From: Ruditapes philippinarum
Lineage: Eukaryota
Reading direction: 5' to 3'
NCBI RefSeq assembly: GCF_026571515.1
Contig: NW_026863092.1
Location: forward strand, 124,001-186,594
Length of the DNA: 62,594 nt
The notes under the pieces were generated by a model. It searched no databases. It was not told the DNA's origin and saw only the letters and a list, made by a program, of their open reading frames with translations. Below, in pieces: positions 37,322 to 52,500 of the stretch. The stretch's first letter is position 1; every line of letters begins with the position of its first letter. A program made the position numbers and the translations under genes.

Positions 37322-37638
37322 TATCTAGATATCATTAATAACATATCTTGGTTGTAGATATGTCTGAATCTATATATAATTCTATTATAGTATGTATGAG
37401 CATTTAAGAAAACATTTTAATTTTTGATAGAACGCAAATAATGATGTTAATATTAACGTTACATTTCTTGTATGCACAAACATGTACTCTTCTTGTTTAA
37501 GCATATTGAATCGGTCTAAGAGTTTGAAATTGCTGTTTTAAAGAAATTCGGTTTGATTTCCAGGTTTTTAAATTCTCTTATCAACGTCGATGTCAAATTT
37601 GTCCCTGGAAGAACAGTGCGACTCATTTTCAGTTGACA

Positions 37639-40600
37639 ATGCCTAATGACGTACACAACGACAACACTTTCTGCCCTGTTTGTCTTGAAAGCGGAACACA
37701 ACCAAAGTTTCTTCCATGTACAATTACTCACATGATATGTGAACCATGTCTGCAGAACTTGATCAAATGGTATGATTTATGTATTTTCCTTAATTTAATT
37801 AATCACTGTCACAAAATACCAACAAATATGAAATTGTGTATGACACATATAAATACACATGTATATTTTCTTATATAAGTCAGTTTCAAACGTTTGGTAT
37901 GCATTTGCTATGTTTTATTAATCTTGTTATATGCAATTTTGTTTATGTTATTTAGTAATCAGGTATGCCTTACTTCTACGCCAACGACTACGATTTCGAC
38001 TGTAACAATGTGCTGGCAACGTGTATTATAATAGTGAAAGTCAAAATACTGCTTTCTTGACGAAAATACGATAAATGCTCACTTATCTTATCTTCGCCTT
38101 CGACTTTTGAGGACGCCTACACGGAAAATTTTGGCGAAAAAATGAAATTTCAAAAGGCAAAGACACGAGATCTTTTTCTGTAAAACAAACGTGTCGGCGG
38201 GTGAAATCATCGTATCGGCGCCCTATATTTGTCGTGTTGTCGTGTCTTCGCCTAAAATGCGAAACCACATTTATGGGCTAATTTGAAGAGTCTTCGTGTC
38301 ATCGTGTATTCGCCCCAATTGTCTAAGACTCGATAAGTGGCCAATTAATGGCGACCCTGCTAGATACCATGCGCGTGGTAGCTCATGTGCCGGTATGTCG
38401 ACATATATTTTTGCGATTTGTATCATTATTTAAAGGGATAATAAAGACATCTTGTCAACTTGTCTTTGCAGACATGCCGATATATATTTTGTCCATTATG
38501 TATTTGATGAGAGCCGAGAAAAGCTATTACAATCTATGTTATCTCGACTTACCTTATGATATCTCTGCCTCGTGGAAAATATCAGCATGTCTTAACATAA
38601 TGGACACCGTTGGAAAGACATAATCAATATTTGGAAACTTAAAAACCCTCCCACCAAACAAAAACTAAATGCATTGAATTATACATCCTTGAAATACCAT
38701 TCCGGCAATAATAATATATAGACACGATGAAAGGTTGTTTGAGTATACAAAAACTCCGGTATATGCCCTTTTCTGCAGTGCATTTTGTATATGCGTTTTT
38801 ATCAAATTAGCAGTTGTACCAGATTAATAGTCAGTGCCTATTATATTATATTATATATATTATATTATATAATATTATAGTATTATATTATATTATAGGG
38901 CGCCGATTTTTACCCGCCGACACGATAATCCTGCAGCAGAATATCACGTGTCTTCACATATTAAAATATCGTTATTTCGCCAAAAATATATCATGTATTG
39001 TGTAGGTGCAATCAAAAGTCGAAGGCGAAGACGCGATAAGTGACCACTTTAAAGGGCGAAGACACAAAGCCACGAAATGGCAGAAATCAGCCACCATAAA
39101 AATGTTCTGAAAATTAATATTTATATGGTGAAGGCTTGAATATAATTTCGACTACGGAATAATAATATCATTTAACACTATTTCAGTTCGGACGGAAGAA
39201 CTTTCAAATGTCCTATATGTCGAAAAGAGTACACCGTTGATACATTTGCTCCAGTACAAAGTCGACAATACGGAGAACAAAATAATCACTATGTGGAAAC
39301 ATCTTTCTCAAGTCAAGGGAATTTCACAACTATCTCAGAAAGAGTTCAAAACGAAGGAGATAGACGGTTGGCTGACCGGATGATCAGGTACTGTTGTGTT
39401 TTGCAAGGATTTGAGTAAGAAATTTTCATTAAACTGATAAGTTATATAATCTTTTCGTTCCATTGTATTCAAATTTATCTTGTATTTAGAATATGTATAG
39501 GTGAGGCCATTTTTTGTTGTTGGTTCATGTAAACATTGCATAATTAGTATAAAAAGTATATCGGATATTTCTATTACAGTAATTTGTTAGTCAGGATGAC
39601 AACACAAACAGTATAAACACGCACTTCCTCTTTTGATTTTGTAATATTTTGAAAACACCTCAAATCAAGTATTTGCACTGTTTGAAATTATAAGTACATG
39701 TAGACGCAGACATGGCAAACGTTAAATAATGTTGCAATTTATCATAAGGTATTATTTCGTTAATATAAATTAAATCAAAAAGTTTTTGATAAAGAAAGAA
39801 AATATATGTAACTTGTAGGCAGATAAATGATGTACTAGTATATAAAACGTGAGGGAGAATTAGGATAATTTTTAAAAAAATACACAATCTATTTCAGGAG
39901 CCATAGTGACTCACGAATCAATGAGAGACCGGAAACATATTCTAATAACAGATCAGGTAATTTAAACGAAATTGAAAATTAATAATGCTTAGGCATAAAT
40001 TAACTGTAATGTAGCACAGTTTACCGGTAACTGCGCATATAGGTTAAAATACGCGTTAACTGTTAACGTTCACCGAAACAAAGAATACAAATTACTCTGA
40101 ATGGTCTTGCCATTATATCGTATATGCACACAGATCATAATTTTAAGGTAACTAAAAGTGTTTCGTCCAGGCTACGACTTAATCCATAGCCTACGATCAG
40201 GGCTGCATGGAAGCTTAAACCTTGCTCACTGTTTCGTAACATAATGGACACCGTCGGTAGGACCTGAATAATAGTCGGAAAACAAATCAACAGTTTAGCA
40301 ACACTATTCAATAAATACTTTGAAAGAGTATACGAAATAAAATTAGATCCTTGTCCGTATCTGTAGTGCATTGTGTTCATGCGTATTTTATCTAACTAGA
40401 GACTGTCTAACATAAATAACTTCTTTCAGTGCTTGCTTATCAAACCTATTATATTATATACGTATTTACCCGAATCATTAAAAGGACGTTTTAGTACGTT
40501 TGAAAATACATATCAGTAACAATTACAGCCAAACATACAATTCTATGTATTAGTATTGTGCATATGAAATAGATTACTGAGAAGATGAAGTATATTTGTT

Positions 40601-43600
40601 AGGTTTAACAATTTGTATACTGCATTTGATACAATGCACTTCGTGCATTTTGTAGGCTGCAAAGGCTACTGGTACCTATAATACTGGCAGTATAAAAGTC
40701 ACCTCTTTTATAGCTATTGTTTCGGTATCGTATCTGTCAGTTTCATGAAGATGGACATAATAAGAAAATGTCTTGACAACTTTAAAAGTTTTTGTTTCGG
40801 TTAACAACCAAATGAAACATTCTGTTTACCTATAAATTCGATCGTAGGGCCTTGGTTTTATAAGCCACGAATGTAATGCCCGACACCCCTCCCCTATAAA
40901 TTATGCGTGAAACTGTTTACAGCAAACCAAACATAAACCGACGTAAGTATTTCAAGTCATTTATTCGTGTGTAATCTAAGACATATCGTAAAAAATAACG
41001 TATAACGTATGATTTGCCTAATTTATTGCCGTCAACATATTACTAAAAGAAAATTGTTCCTTAAAGAAGCATACAATTATTTTGACATTAACAGGTGCTT
41101 ACTTCAAAATGATTACGAAATAAGTTTTACAGCCCTACACAGAGTGTTATTCATTTTCATGGAGCAGGTGTTATGAACAGAAGGACGAAATGCAGCATGT
41201 CCGCACTTGTGGAAGCGGAGTTTGACATTTAAAATAAATATCTTGTGAATCATATGTATTTTATTAACAGGATAGTACATCCCAGTATTTATCTATGTTA
41301 TTTAACTGTTAGTAAGATAATTACTGGTAAAAGTATGAAATGTGCATTTTCTAAAGTTAACTAAATTGACCTCTCAGGATCGGAGTGATAAAGCCGAAAT
41401 GTTCTTTTAGAAATCATACAAAACATTCAGTTTAGTTTATTTCTGATAAGAACGCTATTCAATTTACTTGATGGGCGTGATTTAGTTTCCAAATATTCAT
41501 TACGCTCTCTGAGAGTTCTCGTCAACTTTTTTATTAACAAAAGATATGTCACCATGCCCTTGATCAGATGTTGCCAACATGCCCTATTTCATACATCAAA
41601 GCCATGACAGAAGACGTTATGTTGCGTTAATACACGTCGACATGCCGACATATAAATTAACGTCAATTCGAGCTTTCAAATTTTTTGCCTAAATTTTGTT
41701 ATGGTCCTGATTTCCTTCCTTATTATAACAATAACGATGATGATTATGATATTGCTTTAATTTGACACTAATAATATTTGTGATTTTGTTTTTGATTTTG
41801 ACACTTGTTATGAACTATACACATTTACACAAAAAAAACTTGAAAAATCCAATGTACTTGTACATATCTTGCAACCTAGTGGATTACGAGTTCAGTTCTA
41901 TGTAAGCGGTACACCCTAAGCTAAGGCGTCAACTAAAATTGTTTTTAGCTGTAAGTATACGATGTATGATCAAAAAGTTATAGGCCCTAATACCTGTATC
42001 AAACCGAGTTACAAGCGGTTTTACACAGATTGGGTAACATTAAAAACACTATGATCAGTAAAGGGGTGTGTTATTTAGACCCAATGGAGAAATTTGAGTC
42101 GTCTTTAAGTACCTCTGTAAGAAAGGGTCGTCCCCAAAGGAAATCCATGAAGACCATGTGGATAACTTGGGAAGGCGCCCCCTTCCTATAGCACTGTGAA
42201 TAAAGAGCTGCTGAATTTGAGAGGTGAATGATGAGCGGTCTGGGCTGCCAAAAGAGGCCACCAACTATGAAACTGCTGAAGATGGCACGATCTGGTCATG
42301 TGCGACAGAAGGCGAGACCTGCGAAGCATTGCTAGGGAAGTGGGTATAGCTTTGGTTCAGTTAAGACAATTCTGGCTGATGGCTATGGCATGTCAAAGGT
42401 TTCCGCTAGGCAGCTCCCCAAACAGTTTACTGACAACCAGAAACAGACTAGGCTTGACATTTCAAGATATCTTTTGTGCCGCTACAAGGATGAACCTGAT
42501 TTTATCTACCGGATCGCAACTCAGGTTGAAACATGTAAACCATCATTTCAATCCAGGATCATAAAACGAAGCATACAATAGAAGCACCCTGGCTCACCCC
42601 CTCCGAAGAGATTCAAGAGGATGCCATCAGCAGGGAAGATGATAGCTTCAATTTTTAGGTAAAGTTAGGGGACAATCATAATTGACTATCTTGATTAAGG
42701 TCATACCATAAACGGTATGTAATATGAAGACGAATTGAGACGTCTTGGTCAGAAATCGCGCGTAAAAGGATAGACAAAATGGCTCTAGGCGTTCTGACAA
42801 TGCGCCAGCTCACATATCCTAAGTTACGATGGCTGCTGGAACCAACTGCAGCTTTGAAATTCTTCTGCATCCCCCATCTTCTCCGAACTTGGCCCCCTCT
42901 GACTTCTACATATTTCCGAAACTGTAAACCAAGCTTCGTGGTAGACGTTTTGGAAGCAATGCAGGTGGTTAATGAGTTCTTTGGGGACCAAAATAGAGAG
43001 GTTTTTTGAAGGGTTGAACAAGTACGAGTACAGATGGGCAAAGTGCATTGATGTAGAGGGCGATTATATTGAAAAGTAAGACCATTAGATGGGTTCTCTG
43101 ACTACCAGAGGTACATCGGGCCGATAACTTTTTAAACAAATCCTCGTTATATAACAGTGCAATCAAAATACTAATGAAAAAAGAGAGTTCAATAATTCTT
43201 TATATTTCAGTCATTACTCACTTTCGTATCTAAGTATGTTTATTGAAACATAGGCATTGTCAGCTTCAGTCGTTTATCAGGTACTATATTCACATTTTTC
43301 AGGATGTGGCTGGGGGTGCTGTTGTCAGTGGTGTATAATAGCTGTGGCATCAGCAGGTAAACAAATTACTAACATGATTAATAAAATAGATATATAGATA
43401 GAATGGGAAATAATATTAAAATTGATATGAAATCAGTATCATTTTAACTACATAATCAGTTTCAAATGATAAATAAAGAAAGCAAACATAATAAACTGAT
43501 GTTCGTGTATGAATGACGCATAAATAAGTATTAATTATTTTTTCTAATGCAAGATAGGTGCAAGTAAAACTTCATTTCATTTGGTGTTAATAACACAGCG

Positions 43601-46208
43601 TAAAGCGCAACTATTTTCATATTTTAGATAAGTGTATTGGTTTATTGTGAATATATTATTATGGCGTCTATTAGTGTTTTTTGAACGGGAATTTAGGTTA
43701 ATCATAATTTATTTTAATTCGATTGTGTATGTATTGCTGCATCATAAAACCCAAGTCAAAATTAGAAGCTTTAAGCCTATTTATACACTTTCAAATCCGT
43801 TCCTTGAACCAGTCAGTACTAATCAATGAGTGCAAATTTACTTGCTCATGGAAACAACGGATTGCCCCTGACGAGGTTAAGACCCGTGCGGCCAGCAATC
43901 CTTTATAGTCCGATGGACTAATTACTATGCCACTCCGCAAAACTGAACATTTTTCACTTAATAATACAATACTCAGTGTAAATTTGTATCTGAGCAGAAA
44001 CTTTATGCATATCTGAGTCGAACATTTAAAGTATCTTGAGTTTCACGAAAGGGGAAAAATATGAAATATCATGCTCAGATTAATGGACAGTATTTGAAAC
44101 AAAAACAAAAAGATATTCATTTATCTAATTCCTAGCTGTGCATGGAAACGTGGGAAATTCAGGGGATTTGTTCTCTTAAAGATACATTATTGTTATAACT
44201 AAAATTTGACTTTGTTTTCAGTTTGTATCTTGCATTTATGCTTTGTTGCCATTTACAGATTTATATCAGGTAACGTAATAACATTTTAATAGATGGATAA
44301 TCAAGTAACCTGTAAAGATTTAAATTTAAAAGATGTATATATTTTTCAATTATCCCTTTACTTCATATAGACATGTTTTGACGGTTTTTCGACCCCTCCC
44401 TTTTTTTAGGCATCAAACAGTGAAAATATCTCTATTTAGGCCGCAAACACTGTTTTTCGTTTGAGAAATGTTGCTGTGATCAATTTTTCGGTACCGCCCC
44501 TATTAAAAAGGTACATCAAGGGTTGCCAGAAGGGGGATGTGCCCCCTCTCTGTTTGGGTGCGTTGAATGGGGTGGTAGTCCTCTTCATCGCCAAGAAAAG
44601 ATTAAACTTGTGAGAGGCTAAAAATGACCTCAGGTCGATCATAAGGTGTAATTAACGCTGAAAAGCCTTTGACTCTATTTCAATCCATTGAGACGTTTCA
44701 GCACGTTGAAATCAATTTTGATCGAAAAAATCAACGCAAAAAGTGATTTTTGGTAATTTTGTGATGTTGCCATGGAAACAGGAAATTTAAGACTGAGCAT
44801 GTCGTTACAAATTGTTCAGTTAACATTTGCGCCAAGTTTTATAAGTATTGAAGTATTTTTTCTAGTTTCATAGCAGTTTGAACTTGTTAAAGGATGTTTT
44901 TCAATGAAAACCGCCATTTTTACAATATGCTCATGAGGGAAAGTGTTATTCATATGAAAATTAAGCTATAAAGAATATTCAATTAGATTGAATTATTTGT
45001 TAACGCTTGCTTTATCTTACAACAAAATTAAAGTAGGAACCTCTTTAGAACCAAATGGTTATTAAATTTTTCCTACGCATTGATTTGTTATGCATATATG
45101 TGTCAATAATATATGCCTACTCAAACTTTGACCTTTTGACATGTACATTAAACTTGTGGCAGGATGTCGGTTTATTTTGTTAGTTTATGTATGTTACTTC
45201 TATATTAATACTTATTCTTGATTTTTTTCCTCAGGTATGTTTATGGTTTTTACCATAGGCAAATGGAACGGTGTTTTCATTTTTGAAATACTTAAAGGAG
45301 CAACTGATTTTATTTTTGCAATAACACTTTGTCTAGAGGGGAAATGTCGTTATCATAAACATATTTCCTTGGTTCTGGTACTGGCTTCAATTATAGTGAC
45401 GGGTTTTGGTATGTCGTTGTTTTACATTGTGTTCTTTGTTTTTTCTTAGCTTTTATTTAATTACAAGACGACACGTGCACTTTGTAATAGCTTATCATTC
45501 AGTCACTTAATCTTTGTTTTAAAGGTCAGACACTCACATTGATATTTCCATAGACTTACATTATAAGAAATGGTCCCTAATCCTACCTTAAAATTGAGTT
45601 TTCATGCTGAAGAGGTAATTTTTTCTAGCAGAATGAAATGCCTGACACATAAAAATGTTCCTGTCATATAGGGGTAGCCAACCAAATTTTTTGTAAAATG
45701 ACTTCAAAGAGGATTACACCCCCCCATTTCATTGAAATTTTCTGCTGATCACAGGACTGACATACAGTTTTTATAAATGCAAATATCCAAGTCAAAATTA
45801 TCACAGAGACTCATGAAATATTTTATTTACTTCAGAAAACAATGTAGTGTTGCTTTTTAAATTAGTTTTTATACTTAAAAATACCCCACTTTCATCTAAT
45901 CACCTCATGTTTAAATTGAATCATACGGTTTTCCCTGCACTTTTTTTCAGCCAATCGTTGGCCATGTTACAATGCGATACCCTGACCTAAACAGAGTTCT
46001 GGTCTTTACAAATGTAGCTGAGCTGATAAGTTGTGAATCAAAATTTTGACATAACATATAAAAGATTTTATCTATTTTAGGTACGTATGTTACATGGTCA
46101 GGTGATTATCACGGAACAATTATCGCATGGTATACAGTAATGGACTGGTTTGTGATATTCTGCATTATTTTGTACAAAAGTGTGTATTTCTTTATCAAAC
46201 AAAATTGA
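37639..46208 (+). CDS. RING-HC finger + ~4 transmembrane segment protein, copy 1 (putative membrane E3 ubiquitin ligase), 7 coding exons, 264 aa
   Basis: Exons 37639-37769, 39187-39387, 39898-39956, 43303-43356, 44222-44269, 45235-45408, 46081-46208 (TGA); 795 nt, open throughout. RING split by intron 1: CPVC...LPCTITHMICEPC...FKCPICR. Then a polar linker, a Cys cluster GCGWGCCCQWC and hydrophobic segments. Exons and splice sites are conserved in the paralog. Confidence 0.85.
41960..43146 (+). mobile_element. Decayed near-full-length mariner transposon in intron 3 of RING copy 1
   Basis: Imperfect TIRs (CGA.G...AAAAAGTTAT.GGCCC). Frameshifted transposase remnants: DERSGLP, KVSARQLPK (WVPK motif), RIATQVET (DETW motif), HPPSSPNLAPSDFYIFPKL, RWAKCIDVEGDYIEK*. 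Confidence 0.9.
43740..43940 (-). mobile_element. tRNA-derived CORE-type SINE; relatives at ~687-788 and ~54990-55185
   Basis: Minus strand has A-box-like GTGGCATAGT and body GTTGTTTCC.TGAGCAAG...CATTG.TTAGTACTG..TGGTTC.AGGAACGGATT; three copies. Confidence 0.65.
44354..44945. mobile_element. piggyBac-like MITE, copy 2
   Basis: Collinear with 23019-23631; absent from the paralogous intron of RING copy 2. Confidence 0.7.
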
Positions 46209-47990
46209 CCTTCTCCAGATATTTGAAATTTGTTGATATTGTTTATTATATGTAGATGTCATACATTGTTCGTTAGGTTGCATCTCTGTGTCCTCATAAG
46301 CCTTAAAGTCTATTGGAATAAAAAATGTTTACTGTCAAAGGCGACTTATGACCTTGATGTGAATAACTTACAAAACATGTAACGTATAATGTGTTGAAAA
46401 ATAGGTTACAAAAGAAACAGGACATTATCTATACATTGCACTTATTAAGAAGTGATTATGAGTACATGTTGTAATGATATATCCATAATATTGTGTTTAT
46501 CAGTCTTAATAAGTGATGAATCATAAGGACATTTAATTGCTAAATTGAAAGTCATCTTCAGCTGCAGTTCTGTGTAAATGATTATGAATATTCATCATTA
46601 TGTTAACAAACATTTTCTTTTTTGTTTGGGATTTAACTTTTACACATATTAGTATTATCATATTATTAAAACAGGTAATGATCAAAATTACCTGCTTTCC
46701 CCGGAAAGAACGTTATAGTTCCATGTATGTTCAGCAAAAAAAAAAAAAAAAAAAAACATTGAAAAGTTGGTAATCGTCTTTCCTCCTTTTTATACTATTT
46801 TGTCGCCCATACATATAAACAAATCCCCTCTATTTAGAATATTTAAATGAGTCTAAAATGTGTGTCTATATTATAATTTCATGAATATCGTTTATAAACT
46901 TTTCTTTCACATTTAGTTCAGCCTATCTTTTAACTCTTTTATGATAAATCAATGTTTAAACATATTATAGATTTGCCAATGTATCCAAAGGTTTATTTAT
47001 GAAAATTTATGTCTGTCTTTCTTTTTATTTATTCGCCAGCATTTAAAAGACTTTAACACCATTGTAGAACCATGCCTGTCTCCACATCCGAGTAGTCTGG
47101 TTGATCAAACGCATGAAGTAGAACTCATTGTACTAACCGAAACATTAATAAAAATTATTATTATCAGAAGATTCTATTTTTGGAACATTATTAGCATTCT
47201 GAGATATATACATGTAGTTCTACATATTTTAATAACCTGGCCAATAGAAACAGTATAATATATTGTAGCTCAAAGATGTCCAGATGCCTTACTATCAAAC
47301 GATAATAGTAATATCATTCTCGTTTTTTCATTGCACTATCGCTTTCCATCATGAAATCACACTTTGTACATCCCAATATCGAAGCAAAAACATAAAGTTT
47401 ATGTAATAGAATTAAGTTTCCATTCAAAAATTGTTTTCCGTGTGATAACGATTGTCTTCTGTATTCCTTTAAGTTTGCCACCGGTTGCCATAATATATGA
47501 TTTGACGTCCCCTATGGATAGTATCAAAACCATAACAGTTGTCTATAATTGCATGTATTTTTATGGCAATACGTTACTTTTTATTTCTGAACATGGTATT
47601 CATGTATCGGTAGAAGTCTTCTCCGCTTTTATTAAATATTGCATGTTATTTTTCCGGGTTTATACATGTAACAGAAATTTATCACTTTAATGTTTCCTTT
47701 ACTTTTTTCACCATAAGCCGTTGTTCGTGTATGTGCCTCAGTCTATTTTTTTGTACAGTATATACATACATAGCCATTGTTTTCATCAATCTTTGAAGAT
47801 GTTTCGATTATTGTTCGTTCTACCTAGGTAAGTGGAAGTGATGTCACTGTAGCAATAGAATTCATATAGCGTTACTGAACAAACTATAACCAATAAAAGC
47901 AAAACAGATTTTGCTATTATACATGTATATAACTTTTCGTAAGCCTCTTTTGCTGCTTAGCTGGTCATCAATCATTTCTAGTTGTCTTAC

Positions 47991-48262
47991 CTTCCTAGCT
48001 GATGACAACAGCAGCAACAACTCTAAAAAGTAAGTGATTTGATTTATTTTTAATCAGTTCCGGAATAAACTACATTTCAGAGACATTTAGCGTTCTTGCC
48101 GGGCCGCACCAGTCACTATATCGGGAATCATTTGTAACACTCTGATAAACCCGTAAGTCGTGAAAGGAAAGGAAAACATCATTCAAAGCGTGTTTCTTTC
48201 AAAACAGCTCTTTTAAGGCCCATCGTCTTGTGAAAGTCACAATTTGACCAAAATTATCCCTG
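47991..48262 (-). pseudogene. Decayed coding exon of an unknown gene (unit 1)
   Basis: WSNCDFHKTMGLKRAVLK...HDLRVYQSVTNDSRYSDWCGPA...M*FI...ELLLLLSSARK|GTAAG; frameshifts and one TAG; donor position conserved with unit 2. Confidence 0.5.
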
Positions 48263-49509
48263 ATACTTAGGATGACTTTACCTTACCCCATATTCAATAC
48301 ATGATATCTTAATCATTATGTATCGTAAATCATCAGGTCTCAAACGCAGTAGAGATTGAAACTAGATACTTAATTTTATCAATCTTAAACATGAGACACA
48401 ACATTTGAGACGTTTATCAAACGGGAAGCGTAAAAATGAATAGCACCTGTACTTTAGATGTAAACTCCTTATGTTATCTTTCAACGGGTAAGTTCTTTAT
48501 TTTTTTAGAAGGTATATCAAGTTATAGTCACGGCCGCCACAATTAAATAAAAAAAATGTTTACTCTCTGTCTTTAACATAAATTCACATAGACATTATCA
48601 CAATGGATAAGAACCTCAAACATTATGGAATCTGGTGACTGATTTTAACTTTACCACAACACAGTTCCGAGACATTTTTATTTTTTGTTATATATCTTTA
48701 CATATAGTAAATTACACAATGAACACCTTTGTAAATACTATCTAGATATAACATACAATAAAATTGATTGAAAGCCCCCCCCCCCCCCCCCCTCTGTCAC
48801 CTCACAACCGAACTATGCGGATATGAACAAGGAAGAACGTTTAATCATTTGGGCAAATAAATGTAAAACTTCATGATCTGATCAATACAATCAATCTGAA
48901 AAAACACATATAACAAATAGTCACCTGATTGTGATTATTGGTTTAAGGTAAGCGTTATATGTTTTATAATTATATTTGTTGTTATTTAGAAAGAATAAAA
49001 CTAAAATTTATTAATGCATCATTTTTATATTTTGTACTTTATAAATTTTAAAATATCAACAATACACATTTTTTGTATTTATATATGCTTCTGATTTCAT
49101 ATTTTTGTCGCTACAATTGAATTTGCAGAGATCATATTTGAATGTTATTTAAACATGTACGTGTTTTTCGGCGAGTAGTTCTGTCTTGTTTGAATCTAGC
49201 ACATTTTATGCCAATTTAATATTATACCAATGATATCTTAATATCATTTATAACATGTCTAAAGTTTAGATGTGTCTATTTCAGAGTTAATAAGCAAATT
49301 AGAAAAAAAATTGATTTTGATAGAAGGTAAATAAACGATATGAATATTTACTTTACCGCTTTGGTATGCACAAACATGTCCTTATCACATTGAGCAGATG
49401 TAATCGTTTACAAGTTGTTGTAAATAAGACTGTAAAGAAATTACATTTGGTTTCCAGAATTTTTTAATTCCCAATTCAACGTCGATGTCAATTTAGTCTC
49501 GGGTATAAA

Positions 49510-52500
49510 ATGAGTTCGGAGGACAGTACTGAGTTGCCAATCCCTAACGATGGAAAAGACGACAAGGAGTTGTGCCCTGTTTGTTGTGAAAGCGAAATAC
49601 GAACCAGGTTTCTTCCATGTATTCACATAATATGTGAACCATGTCTTCAGAACTTGATCAAATGGTATAATTTAAATTTGAACAAATTACCGACAAATAT
49701 GAAAGTGTGTATGATATATATAAACACACATGTATACTTTCTGATAAGTATAAGTTAGTCTCAAACATTTTAATGTGCATTAGCTAGGTTATGTTAAACT
49801 CGATATATGCATTTTAGTTAATGTTGTCTAGTAAACCGGCATGTTATACTTCTACGCCAACAACTTCGATTAGGACTATAACTATTATAACAGTTGGTAT
49901 AATAATAATGAAGTAGTGTTTTGTACGGATGTATAAAGCATGAATTTTTTGCATGTTTCTGGTGACAACGATAAATGTAGTCATTATCTTAATTTAGTTT
50001 CCGAATATTAATTAGACCCTCAAATTTTTTATGAACAAAAGCTTTGTCGCATGCCCTAAATCAGATGTTGTCAAGATGCCTTTATTCATAAAACCAAGAC
50101 CATGTTGAAAGACGTCATGTTGCGTTTATACATGTCGACATGCCGCAATATAAAATTATCACGATCAAGGCATCTAAGGGAGTCAATCCAAGCTTCCATA
50201 CCAATTTTCGTGTCTTCGTCATACGCATTTCAAGGCAAAGACACGACGACACGACACATATAGGGCACCGACCCGCCGACACGATAATTCTGCAGGAAAA
50301 GATCACGTGTATTCGCTATTAAAATATCGTGTAGTGTCGGCGCCTTCGACTTTTGAAGAGCGAAGACACAAAATTGCAGAAATAAGCCACAGTTAAATGT
50401 TCAGAAAAATGATATTTCATATGTTTATGCTTGAATATAATTTCAACTATGCAATAATGATATTGTTTAACAATAATTCAGTTCAGAGGGAAACACTTTC
50501 AAATGTCCCTTGTGTCGAAAAGAGTACTACGTTGATACATTTGCTCCAGTGAAAAGTCGACAATACGGAGAACAAAATAATCACTATGAAGAAACATCTT
50601 TCTCAAGTCAAAGGAATTTAACAACTATTTCAGAAAGAGTTCAAAACGCAGATAGACGGTTGGCTGACTGGGTGATCAGGTACTGTTGTTTTTTTGCAAA
50701 GGTTTCAGTCGGAAATTTTAATTACAAGGTAGACTGATAAATTATACAATCGTTTCATTTCATTGCATTCAAATTAATCTTGCTTTTGGAATGTGTATAG
50801 ATAATGCCATTTTTTGTTGTGCATAATAAGCATAAGAAGTGTAACGGATATTACAATATATTTCAGTAAGGATGAACACACAAACAGTATAATCACGCAC
50901 CTTTTATTTTGATTTTGTAATAATTTGAAAACATCTTTCACGTATCTGCACTGTTTGGAATTATACGTACATGTATACACATATATTACAAACGTAAACA
51001 ATGTTGCGTTAATATAAAAGAAATCAGGAAAAACATTGTTTTAAAGAAATCATATGCAATTTGCAAACAAATGAATGATCTACTCGAATATTAAACGTAA
51101 GGGAGAATAATGATAAAAAATATAATAAGTACACAATCTATTTCAGGAGCCATAATGACTCAAGAATCAATCAGAGACCGCATACATATTCTAATAACGG
51201 ATCAGGTAATTTATAAGTAATTGAAAATTAATATTTTTTTGGCATAAATTGCCCATTTATAGTACACTGTTTACAGATATCTGCGCATATCTGTTACAAT
51301 AAGCGATAACTGTTATCGTTGACCGTAACCAGAGCATGCCTGTGTTTCGTCCAGGCTACGACTATATTCACGGCCTACGACCAAGACTGTATGGAAGCTT
51401 GAAATATTACTGCGTCTTAACAAAAATGGACACGGGCGGAAAGACCTTATTAATATTCGGAAAATAAATCCTTCCCATCAATAATATGTCAGCTGAACTA
51501 TTCGATAGACGCTTTGTCAATTGTACAATTTTACAAAATAATATTGGGTATTTGCCAGTATCTGCAGTACATTATGTACATATGTATTTATCCAACTTGC
51601 AGTTATACAAGATATTTCTTTCAGTCAATGCTTGCTTAACAATCACTTATATTATATACGTATTTACTTTTAACAATAGAAGGACGTTTGAGTACCTTTG
51701 AAATGATATTTCAGCTAACACTCACAGCCTATGTATTATGCAATTATGGTAAATCATACAGCATATACATCATACTTGTAAGGTAACTAAGAGTCTTTCG
51801 TCCACGCTACAACAATCTCTACGACCTACTATCAAGACTGTGTGGAAACTTAAACTTTGCTTCTTGGAAAATATAACCGAGTCTTAACATAATGGACATC
51901 GGTGGAAAGACAACACAACCTATTTCGTTATCGCCATTTCGTCTTGTCGCTAGGGACAACACGGCCTAAGAGCCGAGCTCTAGCGAAGCACGCCAAACCG
52001 TGCGTTGTCGTGAGGCGCGTTGTCGTGATGTCGCCCTGTCGCTTGGCTTATAAGCCAATCCTTCGATTTGAACCGAGCGACAATGTGACATCGCGACAAC
52101 ACGCCTCACGACAACGCGCCGTTTGGCGTGCATCGTTAGCGAGAAGACGACAACGTCGTTAGCGAGAAGTCCGACAACGCGCCGTTTGCCGCTTTGTCGT
52201 GTCGCTAGCGCAAACATGACGCACAAAAGCATTCTAAATTAGCCACCATAGTAAGGTAATTACTGGTAAAGTATGAAATGCTCAGCAAATAACCAAAATC
52301 ATATATGCATTTTATAGCGGTTACTAACTTGACCTTATAATCGGTGTGACCATCAGATAGACTAAATAAAGCCTAAATAATTTTTCAAATCATGCAAAGC
52401 ATTCATTTTTGTTCGTCCTGTTGACAAGAATAAATTCGATAACAAATCCGTCATATTTCTCTCTTAATTGGCGGGATTTCGTTTCTGAATATTAATAACG

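Noticed and set aside
47364-47690. 108-aa hydrophobic ORF on + strand
   Set aside because: TTG start, not preserved in the paralogous unit, composition explained by AT-rich DNA.
51902-52232. Overlapping Arg-rich ORFs on both strands
   Set aside because: Products of a GC-rich palindromic repeat.
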